DNA from: a virus
Lineage: Duplodnaviria > Caudoviricetes
IMG/VR virus record: IMGVR_UViG_3300035201_000245
Coordinates: 2,107 to 66,106 of that record
DNA: 64,000 bases
Strand: one strand, 5' to 3'
This document shows, piece after piece, positions 1-10,868 of this stretch. The stretch's first letter is position 1; each line of letters starts with the position of its first letter. The notes under the pieces are model-generated. The model was not told the DNA's origin and made no database searches. It worked only from the letters and a program-made list of their open reading frames with translations. The position numbers and the translations under genes are program-made.

Positions 1-846
1 TCCTAAACCAAATACTGCACGACCTCTATTACTCTCTGCTGTTGTTCCTCCTGGTGGAACCATATATGAGAGAGTATCAAATTTTGTATTGTCTTCAAAT
101 GTTGTTCCGTGATCTTCTCCTATATCTGGAGCAAAACGTGATGCTGATGGTCCTTTATTACTAGTAGCACTTACATATGTTTGAATTGTCTTTCCTGTTT
201 CTTCCTGTAATACATTTCCAGGTGACTGACAACAAAGAAGAATAGTACTTGAAAGTTTCTCCAATCTTGCCGATGGTACTGTAAATGCTGCAGTATAAAG
301 TGCAGTATTACTTATGCGAGCATTACTAACATATCCAACAATACCTCTATTACTAGGAGAATTTCCCTGAGCTCCAACATATGCTTCATTAGAATAAGCA
401 GTAGTTAAATCAGAAGATGAACTTCCTGATGCTTCCAATACTCCATCTATAAAAATCTTTACTGCAGATCCAGAACGAGACATCGCAACATGATACCACG
501 TATCATTAGACATGCTAGATGAAGAAGTTATATCCAAATTCCAAGAACCACTACCATAATGCACCCTTCCTTCAAGTTTTCCTTGAGCATCTGCTAACCA
601 TATACCATTCTGACCGTTTTGATTACCAGTCTCCATAATAATATTACCTACAGCATCATCATGTGTTCCCAAACCACTCTTATAATACCAACATTCAAGT
701 GTAAAATCTCCTGTTCCCACCGCAAAATCATCGGATGCGATTTTTAAAAATATTGGTTTATTTCTACCAGTCTCAAAATTTACTGATCCATTAATAGCAT
801 TTGCACCACCTAATCCAGATACTCTATCAGATCGTAATATTCCCAT
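1..846 (-). CDS. Virion structural/fibre-associated protein with LamG/ConA-like domain (3' end beyond window); paralog of 1861..3522
   Basis: Not in ORF track. Manual translation from ATG at 846: MGILRSDRVSGLGGANAINGSVNF...FAVGTGDFTLECW...YMVPPGGTTAESNRGRAVFGLG. The ATG overlaps the upstream stop (TAATG). Confidence 0.85.
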   Translation of the reverse strand, partial: MGILRSDRVSGLGGANAINGSVNFETGRNKPIFLKIASDDFAVGTGDFTLECWYYKSGLGTHDDAVGNIIMETGNQNGQNGIWLADAQGKLEGRVHYGSGSWNLDITSSSSMSNDTWYHVAMSRSGSAVKIFIDGVLEASGSSSSDLTTAYSNEAYVGAQGNSPSNRGIVGYVSNARISNTALYTAAFTVPSARLEKLSSTILLCCQSPGNVLQEETGKTIQTYVSATSNKGPSASRFAPDIGEDHGTTFEDNTKFDTLSYMVPPGGTTAESNRGRAVFGLG

Positions 847-1838
847 TATCCTAAACCTCCGTGTGCATTAGAAGTACCACTCGTATAATTTGTGTTAGTA
901 TTGGTTAAATCACCAAAATCATATGCATCTCCTGAAGTTAATAAAGAAGTATATTCCATTGTATTAATAGTGCCTGGAGATCCACCAGAGACTATTCCTC
1001 TAATAGGACTAGAAACTGCGACTCCACCAGTATGAGTAGTATCACAATCACCAAAAAGTATTCCATTTCCTTTTGATACAAGTTCTGTTTTAGTTATAGT
1101 TTTAATATGACTACCATCATCTCCTGCATAAGTAACTGATCTAGTTGAATTAGAACAAGCACCAAATTCTCTAACAGTAATTGGTAAATCACCAAAATCT
1201 TGTGTATTTCCTGTTGTTGCAATAGTTACAAATTGAATTATATTAATTTTTGCAGGTACACCACCACCATGTAAGAATCCACGAGTGGGAGTGGCAGCTG
1301 CAGCTCCTCCTGCCTGGTTTCCATTATAACAATTACCAAAGTCTATTGCATTTCCTGTGGATGCAATGGTTATATATTGACACACATCTGAAGAAGGGTC
1401 TGTTCCCATTGAAACACCTCTAATTTGATTAGAGCACATTCCATTATTAAGAGCTTTATCAGAAAGTAAATTACCAAAATCTGTTGCGTTTCCTTGGGCA
1501 GAATGTGTCCAATAATCAATCGTGTCTACCCTAGATCCATTATGACCACCCGCAAGTACTCCTCTAGTTCTTGATGCACATCCTCCTGCAGAGTTTCTTG
1601 CCTGTGTCAAATCTCCAAAATCAGATGCATTTCCTATTGTAGGTATTGTATACCAATCTATTACATTACTATAAGGACCTGGAGATCCACCTGCTGTAAA
1701 ACCACGAGCACCACCATTTAAATCTGGACTAAATGTATTAATCTGCATCCACACGTCACCATTAAAATACTCCAACTTCTGAGAATCAGAGTTGAATCGG
1801 ATTGCTCCTAATGGTATCTCCTTTGGTGGTAAACTCAT
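846..1838 (-). CDS. Virion structural protein with GNAxDFGDL repeats (probable beta-propeller)
   Basis: GAIRFNSDSQKLEYFNG fibre motif, then about 6 repeats of TIAxxGNAxDFGDL; ends HGGLG. Confidence 0.8.
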   Translation of the reverse strand: MSLPPKEIPLGAIRFNSDSQKLEYFNGDVWMQINTFSPDLNGGARGFTAGGSPGPYSNVIDWYTIPTIGNASDFGDLTQARNSAGGCASRTRGVLAGGHNGSRVDTIDYWTHSAQGNATDFGNLLSDKALNNGMCSNQIRGVSMGTDPSSDVCQYITIASTGNAIDFGNCYNGNQAGGAAAATPTRGFLHGGGVPAKINIIQFVTIATTGNTQDFGDLPITVREFGACSNSTRSVTYAGDDGSHIKTITKTELVSKGNGILFGDCDTTHTGGVAVSSPIRGIVSGGSPGTINTMEYTSLLTSGDAYDFGDLTNTNTNYTSGTSNAHGGLG

Positions 1839-1860
1839 AATAGTATTCTCCTATTCATAT

Positions 1861-3522
1861 TTATTGCGTAAGACCACCACCACTATCAGAACATCCACCA
1901 GGACCACTATTGACACCATCAGAATAGGTATCACCAAAATCATTTGCATTTCCTGTAGTTGCTATGTTTACATATTCAATTGTATTGGTCCTAGAAGGAG
2001 AAGATGGAGTCCAACCACCATAAACACCTCCACGAACACAATTACTAAATCGACCAGGCCAACCTTTTATTGCACCTAAATCACCAAAATCAGTTGTATT
2101 ACCTGTTGTTGCAATCGTTATATATTCAATAATATTCTTATCAGCACCATCATATCCTGCAGCATAACATCCACGAGTATTACTAGACCAGGCTGTTAGT
2201 CCGTGACGAGCATCAACAATATCACCAAAATCAGTAGCATTACCTGTAGATGCAATCGTTATATACTCCATTGTATTGGTATCATTACTAGCAGTACCAC
2301 CAGCTTGTACACCACGAGTAGGAGATGAACACGCTGATGTATTACGAGTTGCAGCAACCAAATCACCAAAATCTGTTGTGTTTGCTGTTGTTGCAAATGT
2401 TAAATATTGAATTGTATTTAAATTAGTAGGAGTTCTACCACCCATCATTATTCCACGAGTATCACTACCACAAGAACCTGATCCACTATTGACCTGTAAA
2501 GAATCACCAAAATCTGTTGCATTACCTGTTGTTGTAAATGTTATATAATCTAAAGTATTAACACGAGTTGGAGTTGCTCCACCACAAAATACTCCACGAG
2601 TTGCTGATCCACAAGCTGAAAGTTCTACTCTTGCTGCTGTTAAACTACCAAAACTAACTGCATTTCCTGTTGATTGAATTGTTATATAATCTACCCTACT
2701 TAAAGCACTTGGGTTTCCACCACCACCAAATACTGCACGACCTCTACCTCTCTGTGTTGTATCTCCTGTTGGAAAATACATATGTCCTGGAGTATTAATC
2801 TTAACATCTCCATTAAATACTACTCCCTCATCTATTCCTACTGGTGGAACTTTTTTATGTTGAATAGGTTGTCCTGCAGCAAGTTTTCCATAACCAGTAA
2901 TAGTCTTTCCTGTTGCTTCTTGTGTTGGATCATTAGAATCCTGACAACAAAGAAGAACTGTTCCATCAATTACTGTTAGTTTTTCTGTTGGTGGTGTGAA
3001 TGCTGCTGTATAAAGTGCAGTTCCTTTAATTACACGTAAATTGGAAATATACCCTTTAAATGCACCTTCAGTAGCCGACCTTGCTCCAACAATAAAAGCA
3101 CCAGAACTTGCAACTGAACCAGAGTTAGTTGTTGAATCAACTTCCACTCCATTTACAAATGCTTTTAATGTTGTTCCTGATCTAGCAAGTGCAATATGAG
3201 TCCAAACATTAAGACCTGGTTTATATGTTGATCTTTCATCAGTTCCAGAAACTAATGAACCAGTTAAACCAGTTCCATCAGATGTAATATACCATCCTAA
3301 TTGTCCTCCATTAGAATCAAATACCCTTTGACTATATCCACCTTCCGCATGACTATAATCTGTTGTATATATCCAGCATTCTACAGTAAAAGCACCTGTT
3401 CCCATCGCAAAATCTGTATTAGCTGCAAGACTTAAATAATCATCTCCATTAAAAATTACTGATCCATCAATAGCATTTCTTCCGCCAGTTCCACATACAT
3501 TGTTTGCTCTTAAATTTGCCAT
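1861..3522 (-). CDS. LamG/ConA-like domain plus DFGDL-repeat structural protein
   Basis: FTVECW...WTHIALARSG...GYISNLRVIKG (LamG-like), then DFGD repeats. Confidence 0.8.
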   Translation of the reverse strand: MANLRANNVCGTGGRNAIDGSVIFNGDDYLSLAANTDFAMGTGAFTVECWIYTTDYSHAEGGYSQRVFDSNGGQLGWYITSDGTGLTGSLVSGTDERSTYKPGLNVWTHIALARSGTTLKAFVNGVEVDSTTNSGSVASSGAFIVGARSATEGAFKGYISNLRVIKGTALYTAAFTPPTEKLTVIDGTVLLCCQDSNDPTQEATGKTITGYGKLAAGQPIQHKKVPPVGIDEGVVFNGDVKINTPGHMYFPTGDTTQRGRGRAVFGGGGNPSALSRVDYITIQSTGNAVSFGSLTAARVELSACGSATRGVFCGGATPTRVNTLDYITFTTTGNATDFGDSLQVNSGSGSCGSDTRGIMMGGRTPTNLNTIQYLTFATTANTTDFGDLVAATRNTSACSSPTRGVQAGGTASNDTNTMEYITIASTGNATDFGDIVDARHGLTAWSSNTRGCYAAGYDGADKNIIEYITIATTGNTTDFGDLGAIKGWPGRFSNCVRGGVYGGWTPSSPSRTNTIEYVNIATTGNANDFGDTYSDGVNSGPGGCSDSGGGLTQ

Positions 3523-3523
3523 C

Positions 3524-4882
3524 TTAGAAACCTCCTAGTCCACCGTGGGAATCAGAACAAGCACCAATTCTAAATCTAGGTTCACTTAAATCACCAAAGT
3601 CTACCGCATTTCCTGTTGATGCAATATCTACATAGTCAATAGTATTTCTCCTAACAGGTGCTTCATAACCACCACCAAAACATGCTCTAGTTTGAGATGC
3701 TACAGCTCCTGCACCATTTCTTGCTAGTGTTAAATCACCAAAAACTATTGCATTACCTTCAGATGCAATAGTTACATAATCCATAAGAACTACTGAAACA
3801 GTAGGTTCAGATCCACCACCAAATACTCCTCTAACTGAATTAGATGCTCCATTAACATTCCACCTTCCATGAGACAAATCACCAAACCTTGTTGCATTTC
3901 CTTTTGATGCAATTTCATAAGATTGAATTATATAATCCGCATAAGGTGCTGCAGGACTACCAAAACCACCACCCATCACACCACGAGTAGGTGATGAAAG
4001 TGATCCATGTGCATATACCATTTGATAAGGATCACCAAAATCTTTTGCATTTCCTATTGTTGCTATCTCCACATAATCAATTACAGAATTCCAATAAGGT
4101 GATGGAGAAGATTTATAACCACCATTAAACATTCCACGAGTAGATGATGAACAATTAGAATTAAATGAACAATTATCACCCGTTGATATATCACCAAAAT
4201 CACTTCCAAGACCACCTGAAGCAAGAGTATTATATTCTATCGAATTTAAATATCCTGGATTATTACCATATCCAAATATACCACGAGTCGAACTTGAACA
4301 TGCACCATGATTAGTTCTTTGAACAAGTAATCTACCAAAATCTACTGCATTACCTGTTGATGCTATATCAATATAATCCATAACATCACATCCATTAGTA
4401 TCATATATGGATCCACCACCTGAAAATACTCCACGACCCCTATTACCCATATCAACATAAGAATTTACTGTTCTCCATTCCACACCAGTATAAAATTCAA
4501 GTGATCCTAAATCCTCATTAAATCTTGTTGTTCCTACTGATGGTTTATCTTCACTAATACCAGGAAGAGTGAAACTATCTGTTACTGTTAAATTCTCTGG
4601 ACCACTTGTAAATGTTGCTCCTGCTGATACTGTTGTACTACCTTCAATAATAATCTCACCAGATATTGAACCCTGTTCAGAACCTTCAAGACCAGATATT
4701 GATGCCTTAGTATCTACAAACCCATCAAAGGTTGTAAGAGTAGATACACCAACTGCTTTTGCATTAGATGAATGAATATTTCCAAGTGCCTGAAGAGTAT
4801 TGGTAGGATTATCAGTTCCTATACCAACTAGTTCGTTTTCTAATTCAAATGCGGTTGAAAAACCTATGCGTACTTTTGCCAT
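3524..4882 (-). CDS. DFGDL-repeat structural/tail-associated protein
   Basis: VGIGTDNP fibre motif, RFNEDLGSLEFY, DFGDL repeats, C-terminus SDSHGGLGGF. Confidence 0.8.
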   Translation of the reverse strand: MAKVRIGFSTAFELENELVGIGTDNPTNTLQALGNIHSSNAKAVGVSTLTTFDGFVDTKASISGLEGSEQGSISGEIIIEGSTTVSAGATFTSGPENLTVTDSFTLPGISEDKPSVGTTRFNEDLGSLEFYTGVEWRTVNSYVDMGNRGRGVFSGGGSIYDTNGCDVMDYIDIASTGNAVDFGRLLVQRTNHGACSSSTRGIFGYGNNPGYLNSIEYNTLASGGLGSDFGDISTGDNCSFNSNCSSSTRGMFNGGYKSSPSPYWNSVIDYVEIATIGNAKDFGDPYQMVYAHGSLSSPTRGVMGGGFGSPAAPYADYIIQSYEIASKGNATRFGDLSHGRWNVNGASNSVRGVFGGGSEPTVSVVLMDYVTIASEGNAIVFGDLTLARNGAGAVASQTRACFGGGYEAPVRRNTIDYVDIASTGNAVDFGDLSEPRFRIGACSDSHGGLGGF

Positions 4883-4883
4883 C

Positions 4884-6239
4884 TTAGAAACCTCCTAGTC
4901 CACCATGACAATCAGAGATACTTCCCATATGATCTCTTGCCTCAGTTAAATCACCAAAATCTAATGCATCTCCTGACGATGCAATAGTTACATAATCAAT
5001 AGTATTTAAGTGTGCATTACTTGGTTCAGTATCACCTCCACCAAATAACACTCTCGTATTAGTTGCAGCTGCTCCTGCACGATAATATGAGGCTCTATTC
5101 TGAGATAAATCCCCAAAGTATTGAGCAACTCCCCCACTAGCCATAACAAATGAAAACAAACCTGTTATATTAGGTTGATCATTCGTTGCCAGATACATTA
5201 CTCCCTTAACAGAATTAGAATCTGCAGCAGAAGAATTTCCTGCATCACATTCTCCAAAATCAATTGCAGCTCCACCACTTCCATAATGAATTCTTTGGAT
5301 TGTTCGTTGATTATTCGATCCCGCTGTAATATGTGCATGTGTTGGATTATTAAATGATTGACCACTATGTACATAGTCCAACGATCCAAAACTAACTGCA
5401 TTTCCTGCTGTAGACATTTCTACTTTTGCGATATCTGTATTATTATTCCATCCAGCACAAAATAAACCCCTTGTAGAATTTGATGCTCCTATTATTCCCC
5501 AATGTCCACCAGCAGTAAGATCACCAAAATCTTCTCCATCACCCTGCGATGCAAGTGTTATATAATTCATATCAGTCTGAGTAGAAGTTCCACCCGAATC
5601 TTTATATCCACCACCAAATATTCCTCTTGTAGAACTAGAAACTCCATCCAAAGCAGCATACTTATTACCAGAACTAGTCAGTTTACCAAAGTCTTTTGCA
5701 TTCCCTAGTGATGAACCATTCACATAATCAATAGTTGTAGATATTTCATACCCACCACCCCAAATACAACGAGTACTAGTTGTTGTATGGTCTACCTGTC
5801 TCCAGAAATTACCATCCCAATATTCAATTGTTCTAAAATCTTTATTATAATATAATGCTCCTGGTTGTGGTGCTGATGGTCTATCATTTGTTCTACCAAT
5901 CGGAGGATTAAATGTATTACTTACTTTCAGACTCTTAATACTTCCTTGACCAGTTGTTGCACCAGTTCCTACAGACATTGTAAGACCAGATCCTACAACT
6001 ACCTCACCTGATAGAGTTCCACTCTCTCCACTATCAATAACTACATCACCCGTATATGATGTATTTTTATTTAAGAAACCACTTGAAGATGTAAGAGTTG
6101 CAATACCTGTTACAACTACATCCCCACCCCTTGTTCCACCAATAACCTCTAGCTTCTCACTTGGTGTGGAAGTTCCTATACCAACCTTTTGACCCTTAAG
6201 GGATAAATCGTCTAAGTAACCGAAGCGTTTAGTAGCCAT
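4884..6239 (-). CDS. DFGDL-repeat structural/tail-associated protein
   Basis: KVGIGTSTP, RPSAPQPGALYYN, DFGDL repeats, C-terminus HGGLGGF. Confidence 0.8.
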   Translation of the reverse strand: MATKRFGYLDDLSLKGQKVGIGTSTPSEKLEVIGGTRGGDVVVTGIATLTSSSGFLNKNTSYTGDVVIDSGESGTLSGEVVVGSGLTMSVGTGATTGQGSIKSLKVSNTFNPPIGRTNDRPSAPQPGALYYNKDFRTIEYWDGNFWRQVDHTTTSTRCIWGGGYEISTTIDYVNGSSLGNAKDFGKLTSSGNKYAALDGVSSSTRGIFGGGYKDSGGTSTQTDMNYITLASQGDGEDFGDLTAGGHWGIIGASNSTRGLFCAGWNNNTDIAKVEMSTAGNAVSFGSLDYVHSGQSFNNPTHAHITAGSNNQRTIQRIHYGSGGAAIDFGECDAGNSSAADSNSVKGVMYLATNDQPNITGLFSFVMASGGVAQYFGDLSQNRASYYRAGAAATNTRVLFGGGDTEPSNAHLNTIDYVTIASSGDALDFGDLTEARDHMGSISDCHGGLGGF

Positions 6240-6240
6240 A

Positions 6241-7587
6241 TCAATAACCTCCTAGTCCGCCGTGGGAATTAGAAACACCAGAAGCACCACGACGACCAAG
6301 CCCTAAATCACCAAAATCCATTGCATCTCCTAAAGTACTAAAGTTTATATACTCTATTAAATTCAATGCTGTTGCTCCTCCAGACCATACTCCTCTTGTT
6401 TCATTAGAAACACCACCATTAATTATGTAACGAGATGACATTGCATCACCAAAATCTTGTGCATTTCCATCCGATGCAATAGTTATATAATCTAATGTAG
6501 TGACCGTTCCAGGAGATCCATGTGCTTCTCCACAAACAAAAACACCTCTCGTACTATTAGAACATCCAGCAAGACCTTTACGAGCAACAGATAAATCACC
6601 AAATTTAATTGAGTTACCTTTTGCTGCAATAGTAATCACATCAATAAGACTATCAGGACTGCTACCACCAGCAAATATTCCACGAGTTGGTGAATTAACT
6701 AATCCACTATGAAGATCCTTACGGACTTTTGTTAAATCCCCAAAATCAACTGCATTTCCTATAGTATTAATCTCAATATATTCTATTATATTAACATTAG
6801 TACCAGGTTGCTCACCACCACCCCAGACTCCTCTAGTTGAACTAGAAGTTGATCCTAACATTCCACGAACTGCTGATAAATTACCAAAATCTATTGCATT
6901 TCCTGCTGATTGAATGGTAAAATATTCCATTGTATCAGTCCTAGCAGGTGAACCTTCTCCACCACCCGTAACTCCTCTTACAGAACTAGCAACTCCACGT
7001 AAAAAACCACGAGCAACTGTCAAATCACCAAAAAATTGTGCGTTTCCTAAAGAAGATATAGTAATATAATCTTGAAAAGTATAATAAGTTGGAGTAGCAC
7101 CACCACCCCATACTCCACGACCACTTCCACCAGAATTATTTACAGTAAATTGTCTCCAATCTACTCCATCATAAAATTCAAGTGTATTTAACTCTGTATT
7201 AAACCTAACAGTTCCTTCTACTGGTACTTCTGGTCTATCTTCTACACCACCAGTTGGAGGAGAAAAATGAGTTCCTATACTTACACTCTCAACAGTTCCA
7301 ACAGTAACAGTAGCACCTGTTGATACTGTAAATGTACTATTTAATCCTACAACAATATCTCCTATCGTACTGTGCTCTGAACTAAGACTTGTATCTCTAT
7401 TAATATTTAAATCATCTGCAGCAAAACCAGCATATCTCTGGAAAGTAGATACACCTGTTACATCTAAATTCGCTGTCTTTATAGTTCCTTCTACCTTAAG
7501 ATTTCCAAGGCCACTAGACTCCGTACCAATGCCGACAGCACCGTCTTTTAAGTTAAAAGATCCTATTCCGACGCGGTAAGTTGCCAT
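6241..7587 (-). CDS. DFGDL-repeat structural/tail-associated protein
   Basis: RPEVPVEGTVRFNTELNTLEFYDG, DFGDL repeats, C-terminus HGGLGGY. Confidence 0.8.
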   Translation of the reverse strand: MATYRVGIGSFNLKDGAVGIGTESSGLGNLKVEGTIKTANLDVTGVSTFQRYAGFAADDLNINRDTSLSSEHSTIGDIVVGLNSTFTVSTGATVTVGTVESVSIGTHFSPPTGGVEDRPEVPVEGTVRFNTELNTLEFYDGVDWRQFTVNNSGGSGRGVWGGGATPTYYTFQDYITISSLGNAQFFGDLTVARGFLRGVASSVRGVTGGGEGSPARTDTMEYFTIQSAGNAIDFGNLSAVRGMLGSTSSSTRGVWGGGEQPGTNVNIIEYIEINTIGNAVDFGDLTKVRKDLHSGLVNSPTRGIFAGGSSPDSLIDVITIAAKGNSIKFGDLSVARKGLAGCSNSTRGVFVCGEAHGSPGTVTTLDYITIASDGNAQDFGDAMSSRYIINGGVSNETRGVWSGGATALNLIEYINFSTLGDAMDFGDLGLGRRGASGVSNSHGGLGGY

Positions 7588-7598
7588 TTCTTACCCCC

Positions 7599-8528
7599 TT
7601 ATACTGTCACGGGGTTTGGAAGTACCGTAACCGTCGCAGACGAGGCACTACCCATATTCACATAAACTTTTAGATTTGATCCATCTATACCAGCAGTAAA
7701 TGTTCCAAGCATAGATCCTGTTGCAATTGCCGATTCTTCTATAATTGTAGCAGTCGTTCCATCATGTATTACCAAATACCGACCTACTTGATATGCACTA
7801 CCTTGAGTAATCTGCATTATCATATATGCAGAACGATAAGTTGCGTGTGCTATTGTATATACAGCAGTTGCACTTGTTGATGAAACTGCAACATCTGTTT
7901 CTGCAGCTCCTCCACCACCACCTATCTCACCCCATTCGTCAGTATATCCCTCAAACTTTCCGTCTGTAGTATTATATCTAAAGTCACCTGCAGCTGGAGA
8001 ACCAGGTCTTTGTCCTGTCGTACCTTTTGTTACACCAATTGCACCAGTACCACCAAAATCTGCACCGTCAGTTGTTGTACTTACTCTAGCAGCATTATCA
8101 TAATATACAACACCAGATCCATCTGTAGTAAATACAAATCCACTTTCAGTACCTGCTGCATTTTGAATTGCAACTGCATCGCCTCTCAAATGAAGAGCAC
8201 CAGTTCCAGCATCAGCAATGATACTATTTGATGCGTCATGCCATATTTTTAAATCTGAACCAACACCCGCAATTATCTGCTCTCCATCCCCTAATTTTAA
8301 TCCACCAACTGTTGCTATACCACTAATATTCCAACCATCGGTATATATTTCCTTACACGTTACAATACCACAAGCTAATTTACCTGGGTTATTAGCACTT
8401 ACAGGATCACTAACAACTGTAGTACCAATACCAACATTTTTATCGAAGGTAAAACCATCACCCGCAAAACTCAGGGTGTTAATACCTGCTCTTCCTTTTA
8501 TGGTATCTACTCTAATTTCAGCAGCCAT
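7599..8528 (-). CDS. Tail fibre-like protein
   Basis: N-terminal IRVDTI, DLKIWHD/GTGALHL repeat, GTTGQRP...GDFRYNTT motif. Confidence 0.75.
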   Translation of the reverse strand: MAAEIRVDTIKGRAGINTLSFAGDGFTFDKNVGIGTTVVSDPVSANNPGKLACGIVTCKEIYTDGWNISGIATVGGLKLGDGEQIIAGVGSDLKIWHDASNSIIADAGTGALHLRGDAVAIQNAAGTESGFVFTTDGSGVVYYDNAARVSTTTDGADFGGTGAIGVTKGTTGQRPGSPAAGDFRYNTTDGKFEGYTDEWGEIGGGGGAAETDVAVSSTSATAVYTIAHATYRSAYMIMQITQGSAYQVGRYLVIHDGTTATIIEESAIATGSMLGTFTAGIDGSNLKVYVNMGSASSATVTVLPNPVTV

Positions 8529-8562
8529 TCGGGTTCACTCTCCCCCTAGTTTTTACTATTTA
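8529..8562 (-). repeat. 34-bp late-promoter/RBS leader repeat, copy 1 (TAAATAGTAAAAACTAGGGGGAGAGTGAACCCGA)
   Basis: Identical to 19562..19595 and 1 mismatch to 10825..10858; contains the T4-type late promoter core TAAATA and a GGGGGAG SD directly before ATG. Confidence 0.9.
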
Positions 8563-8565
8563 GCA

Positions 8566-10824
8566 TTAAACCACCACATAATTACCATCAATAGTCAAGA
8601 CACCGTTAATAGTGACTGGACCTGCCATCATACCATTAAAATTAGTTCCAATGTAATGATTACCATTCAGTGCATTATCAACCATAAGCATACCATTACC
8701 AATATAAAGTCCTTGGAATGAATTACCAATACCTTGGACATCTGGATCGTTAAGTGCCGTCGTATTAATACCAACCGATTTACTGGTTGATATACCAATA
8801 GACCCTTCTGGTGTCCATGTTCCTGCAGCACCTGCATTACCACCTCCACCTTGGAAGCAAAGTGTAGCAATACCAAGATTACCATCATAATATGCTGTGG
8901 TAAATCCAGCACCTTTAAATTCAAGATAGGTTACACCATAACCAACAGGATGAATACCTGCTGAACCATCACCAGTTGTTCCAATACCAATGGTAACACC
9001 AGTTAGATTTGCACCATCACCATAGTATGTAATAATACCTGCATGAGCACCAACTGTTGCACCACCACCAACATAACCTGCACCAGTAACTAATAGTCCT
9101 GATACACCACCATTTCCACTACCAAAGGTACTAACACCAGATATGTTGAGGTTTCTACCAGATACTTCATCATAAGTGATATCACCAGTAACATCAAGGT
9201 TTCCAAGTACAACAAGATCACTACCTACAGTTGCAATACCAGAAATAGTTACATTACCATTAGAAAATATAGTAGCAGCAGAACCAATTATTATACTTGA
9301 ACCAGTACCAACAACAATTCCACCATTAGCAGTTACAATTCCTGCAGCAGCAATATTACCGTTTGCAGAAGCTGTAACACCAGAACCAACGGATATCTTA
9401 CCACTTACAGTCTCATCTCCAGTAACCGCAAGTGTCGATCCATCAAATGTTAAGTTACCACTATCTTCCAGTTCTCCAGAAGTTCCAGCAATAACAACTC
9501 TATTATCTGTTAGATCAGAAATCTTTGCAGTATCAGCAACTAATGCATCAACAGTTGCAGTACCATCAAGGAATAAATCACCCCACTCACTTGTAGCAGC
9601 ACCAATATTTCTAGTACCGTCTACATCTGGTATTAAATTACTACCAATAGATGTAAAGGTAGATACTCCACTGATGTTTAATCTATTACTTGTCGTTACT
9701 CCACTAACATTAACACCTTGCGGAGTAGTCTGGAAAACGTTTCCATTATCATAATAAAGAGATACAGCTCCATTCTCTGCAAAGGTTGCTTGAGTTTCAT
9801 TACCTGCTGCATTTCTTACCTGTAAACTATTACTATCGACATATAAATTCCCAGTTCCTGTGGTATCCTGTATATAACTATGTGATCCATCATGCCATAC
9901 AATTAAGTCAGATTGAGCTCCGAATGTTAACTTAGCACTATCTTGGAATGTTGATACACCAGATACTACATTAATTCTATCAGAGAATGTAGTGATACCA
10001 GTTATATTGAGGCCACCACTTGTAGACTCTAGCTTCTTCGAATTATCATAGTAGACTTCTACTGAGCCAGTATCATTAGCAATAATATAATTCTCACTAC
10101 TTGCACTTTGTAATTTTATATCTGCAGAACCTCTAATAATAAGGTCTCCAGTTCCTACATCTTGAATGTAGGAATTCGAACCATCATGATGAATTTTTAA
10201 ATCTGAGCCATCTCCCATAAAGATAGCTGCATTATCTCTAAAGAATGCAGTAGTACCAAATCCAACAGTTGCACCTACAGCAACATAGTTAGATGATAAT
10301 CCTGCCTGACCATCAATCTTAGAAATACCAAACTGAACAGGAGCACTAAAAGTAGATACACCTGATCTAAGATCTACATCAATTCCACCAAGGAATGATG
10401 CAATACCTACAAATGTAGAAATTCCAGCAACTTTTAAGTCACTGAAACTGTTTGGACCAACCCTTATTGCTTCTTCAATTGTTGCAGTCGTTGTTGCGTC
10501 AAGTGATGCAATACCACTCAAACGCATTCCTCTATCTACTATCTCTGTCGTACCTATCGCAAGTGATTGAGCACTAACTATTCCGCTAACACTTACATCC
10601 GAACTAAACCCAGAATATCCGCTAACTAATAAATCTTTAACTGTACCAACACCTATTATATTCAGGTCGGTTGCGCCTATTCCACCTCTCGCGCCACCAA
10701 CATGGAGGGTATACCCAGGAACCGTAGTACCTATACCAACTTTGTTTGTCGTCGAATCACCTACGATCAGGTTAGTGTTTACCTGAACACCATTCTTAAT
10801 GACAAAATTCTTATTAATTGCCAT
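8566..10824 (-). CDS. Tail fibre protein (MAINKNFVIKNG family)
   Basis: Cyanophage fibre N-terminus, many GVSTF/GITTF repeats, DLKIHHDGSNSYI repeats. Confidence 0.8.
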   Translation of the reverse strand: MAINKNFVIKNGVQVNTNLIVGDSTTNKVGIGTTVPGYTLHVGGARGGIGATDLNIIGVGTVKDLLVSGYSGFSSDVSVSGIVSAQSLAIGTTEIVDRGMRLSGIASLDATTTATIEEAIRVGPNSFSDLKVAGISTFVGIASFLGGIDVDLRSGVSTFSAPVQFGISKIDGQAGLSSNYVAVGATVGFGTTAFFRDNAAIFMGDGSDLKIHHDGSNSYIQDVGTGDLIIRGSADIKLQSASSENYIIANDTGSVEVYYDNSKKLESTSGGLNITGITTFSDRINVVSGVSTFQDSAKLTFGAQSDLIVWHDGSHSYIQDTTGTGNLYVDSNSLQVRNAAGNETQATFAENGAVSLYYDNGNVFQTTPQGVNVSGVTTSNRLNISGVSTFTSIGSNLIPDVDGTRNIGAATSEWGDLFLDGTATVDALVADTAKISDLTDNRVVIAGTSGELEDSGNLTFDGSTLAVTGDETVSGKISVGSGVTASANGNIAAAGIVTANGGIVVGTGSSIIIGSAATIFSNGNVTISGIATVGSDLVVLGNLDVTGDITYDEVSGRNLNISGVSTFGSGNGGVSGLLVTGAGYVGGGATVGAHAGIITYYGDGANLTGVTIGIGTTGDGSAGIHPVGYGVTYLEFKGAGFTTAYYDGNLGIATLCFQGGGGNAGAAGTWTPEGSIGISTSKSVGINTTALNDPDVQGIGNSFQGLYIGNGMLMVDNALNGNHYIGTNFNGMMAGPVTINGVLTIDGNYVVV

Positions 10825-10858
10825 TCGGGTTCACTCTCCCCCTATTTTTTACTATTTA
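10825..10858 (-). repeat. 34-bp late-promoter/RBS leader repeat, copy 2
   Basis: tcgggttcactctccccctattttttactattta, 1 mismatch to copies 1 and 3. Confidence 0.9.
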
Positions 10859-10868
10859 TGAAAAAAGT

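Noticed and set aside
9176-9754. Long antisense ORFs (also 8218..8721, 20039..20374 and others)
   Set aside because: Shadow ORFs produced by the codon bias of Gly/Thr/Val-rich fibre genes; no SD or family motifs
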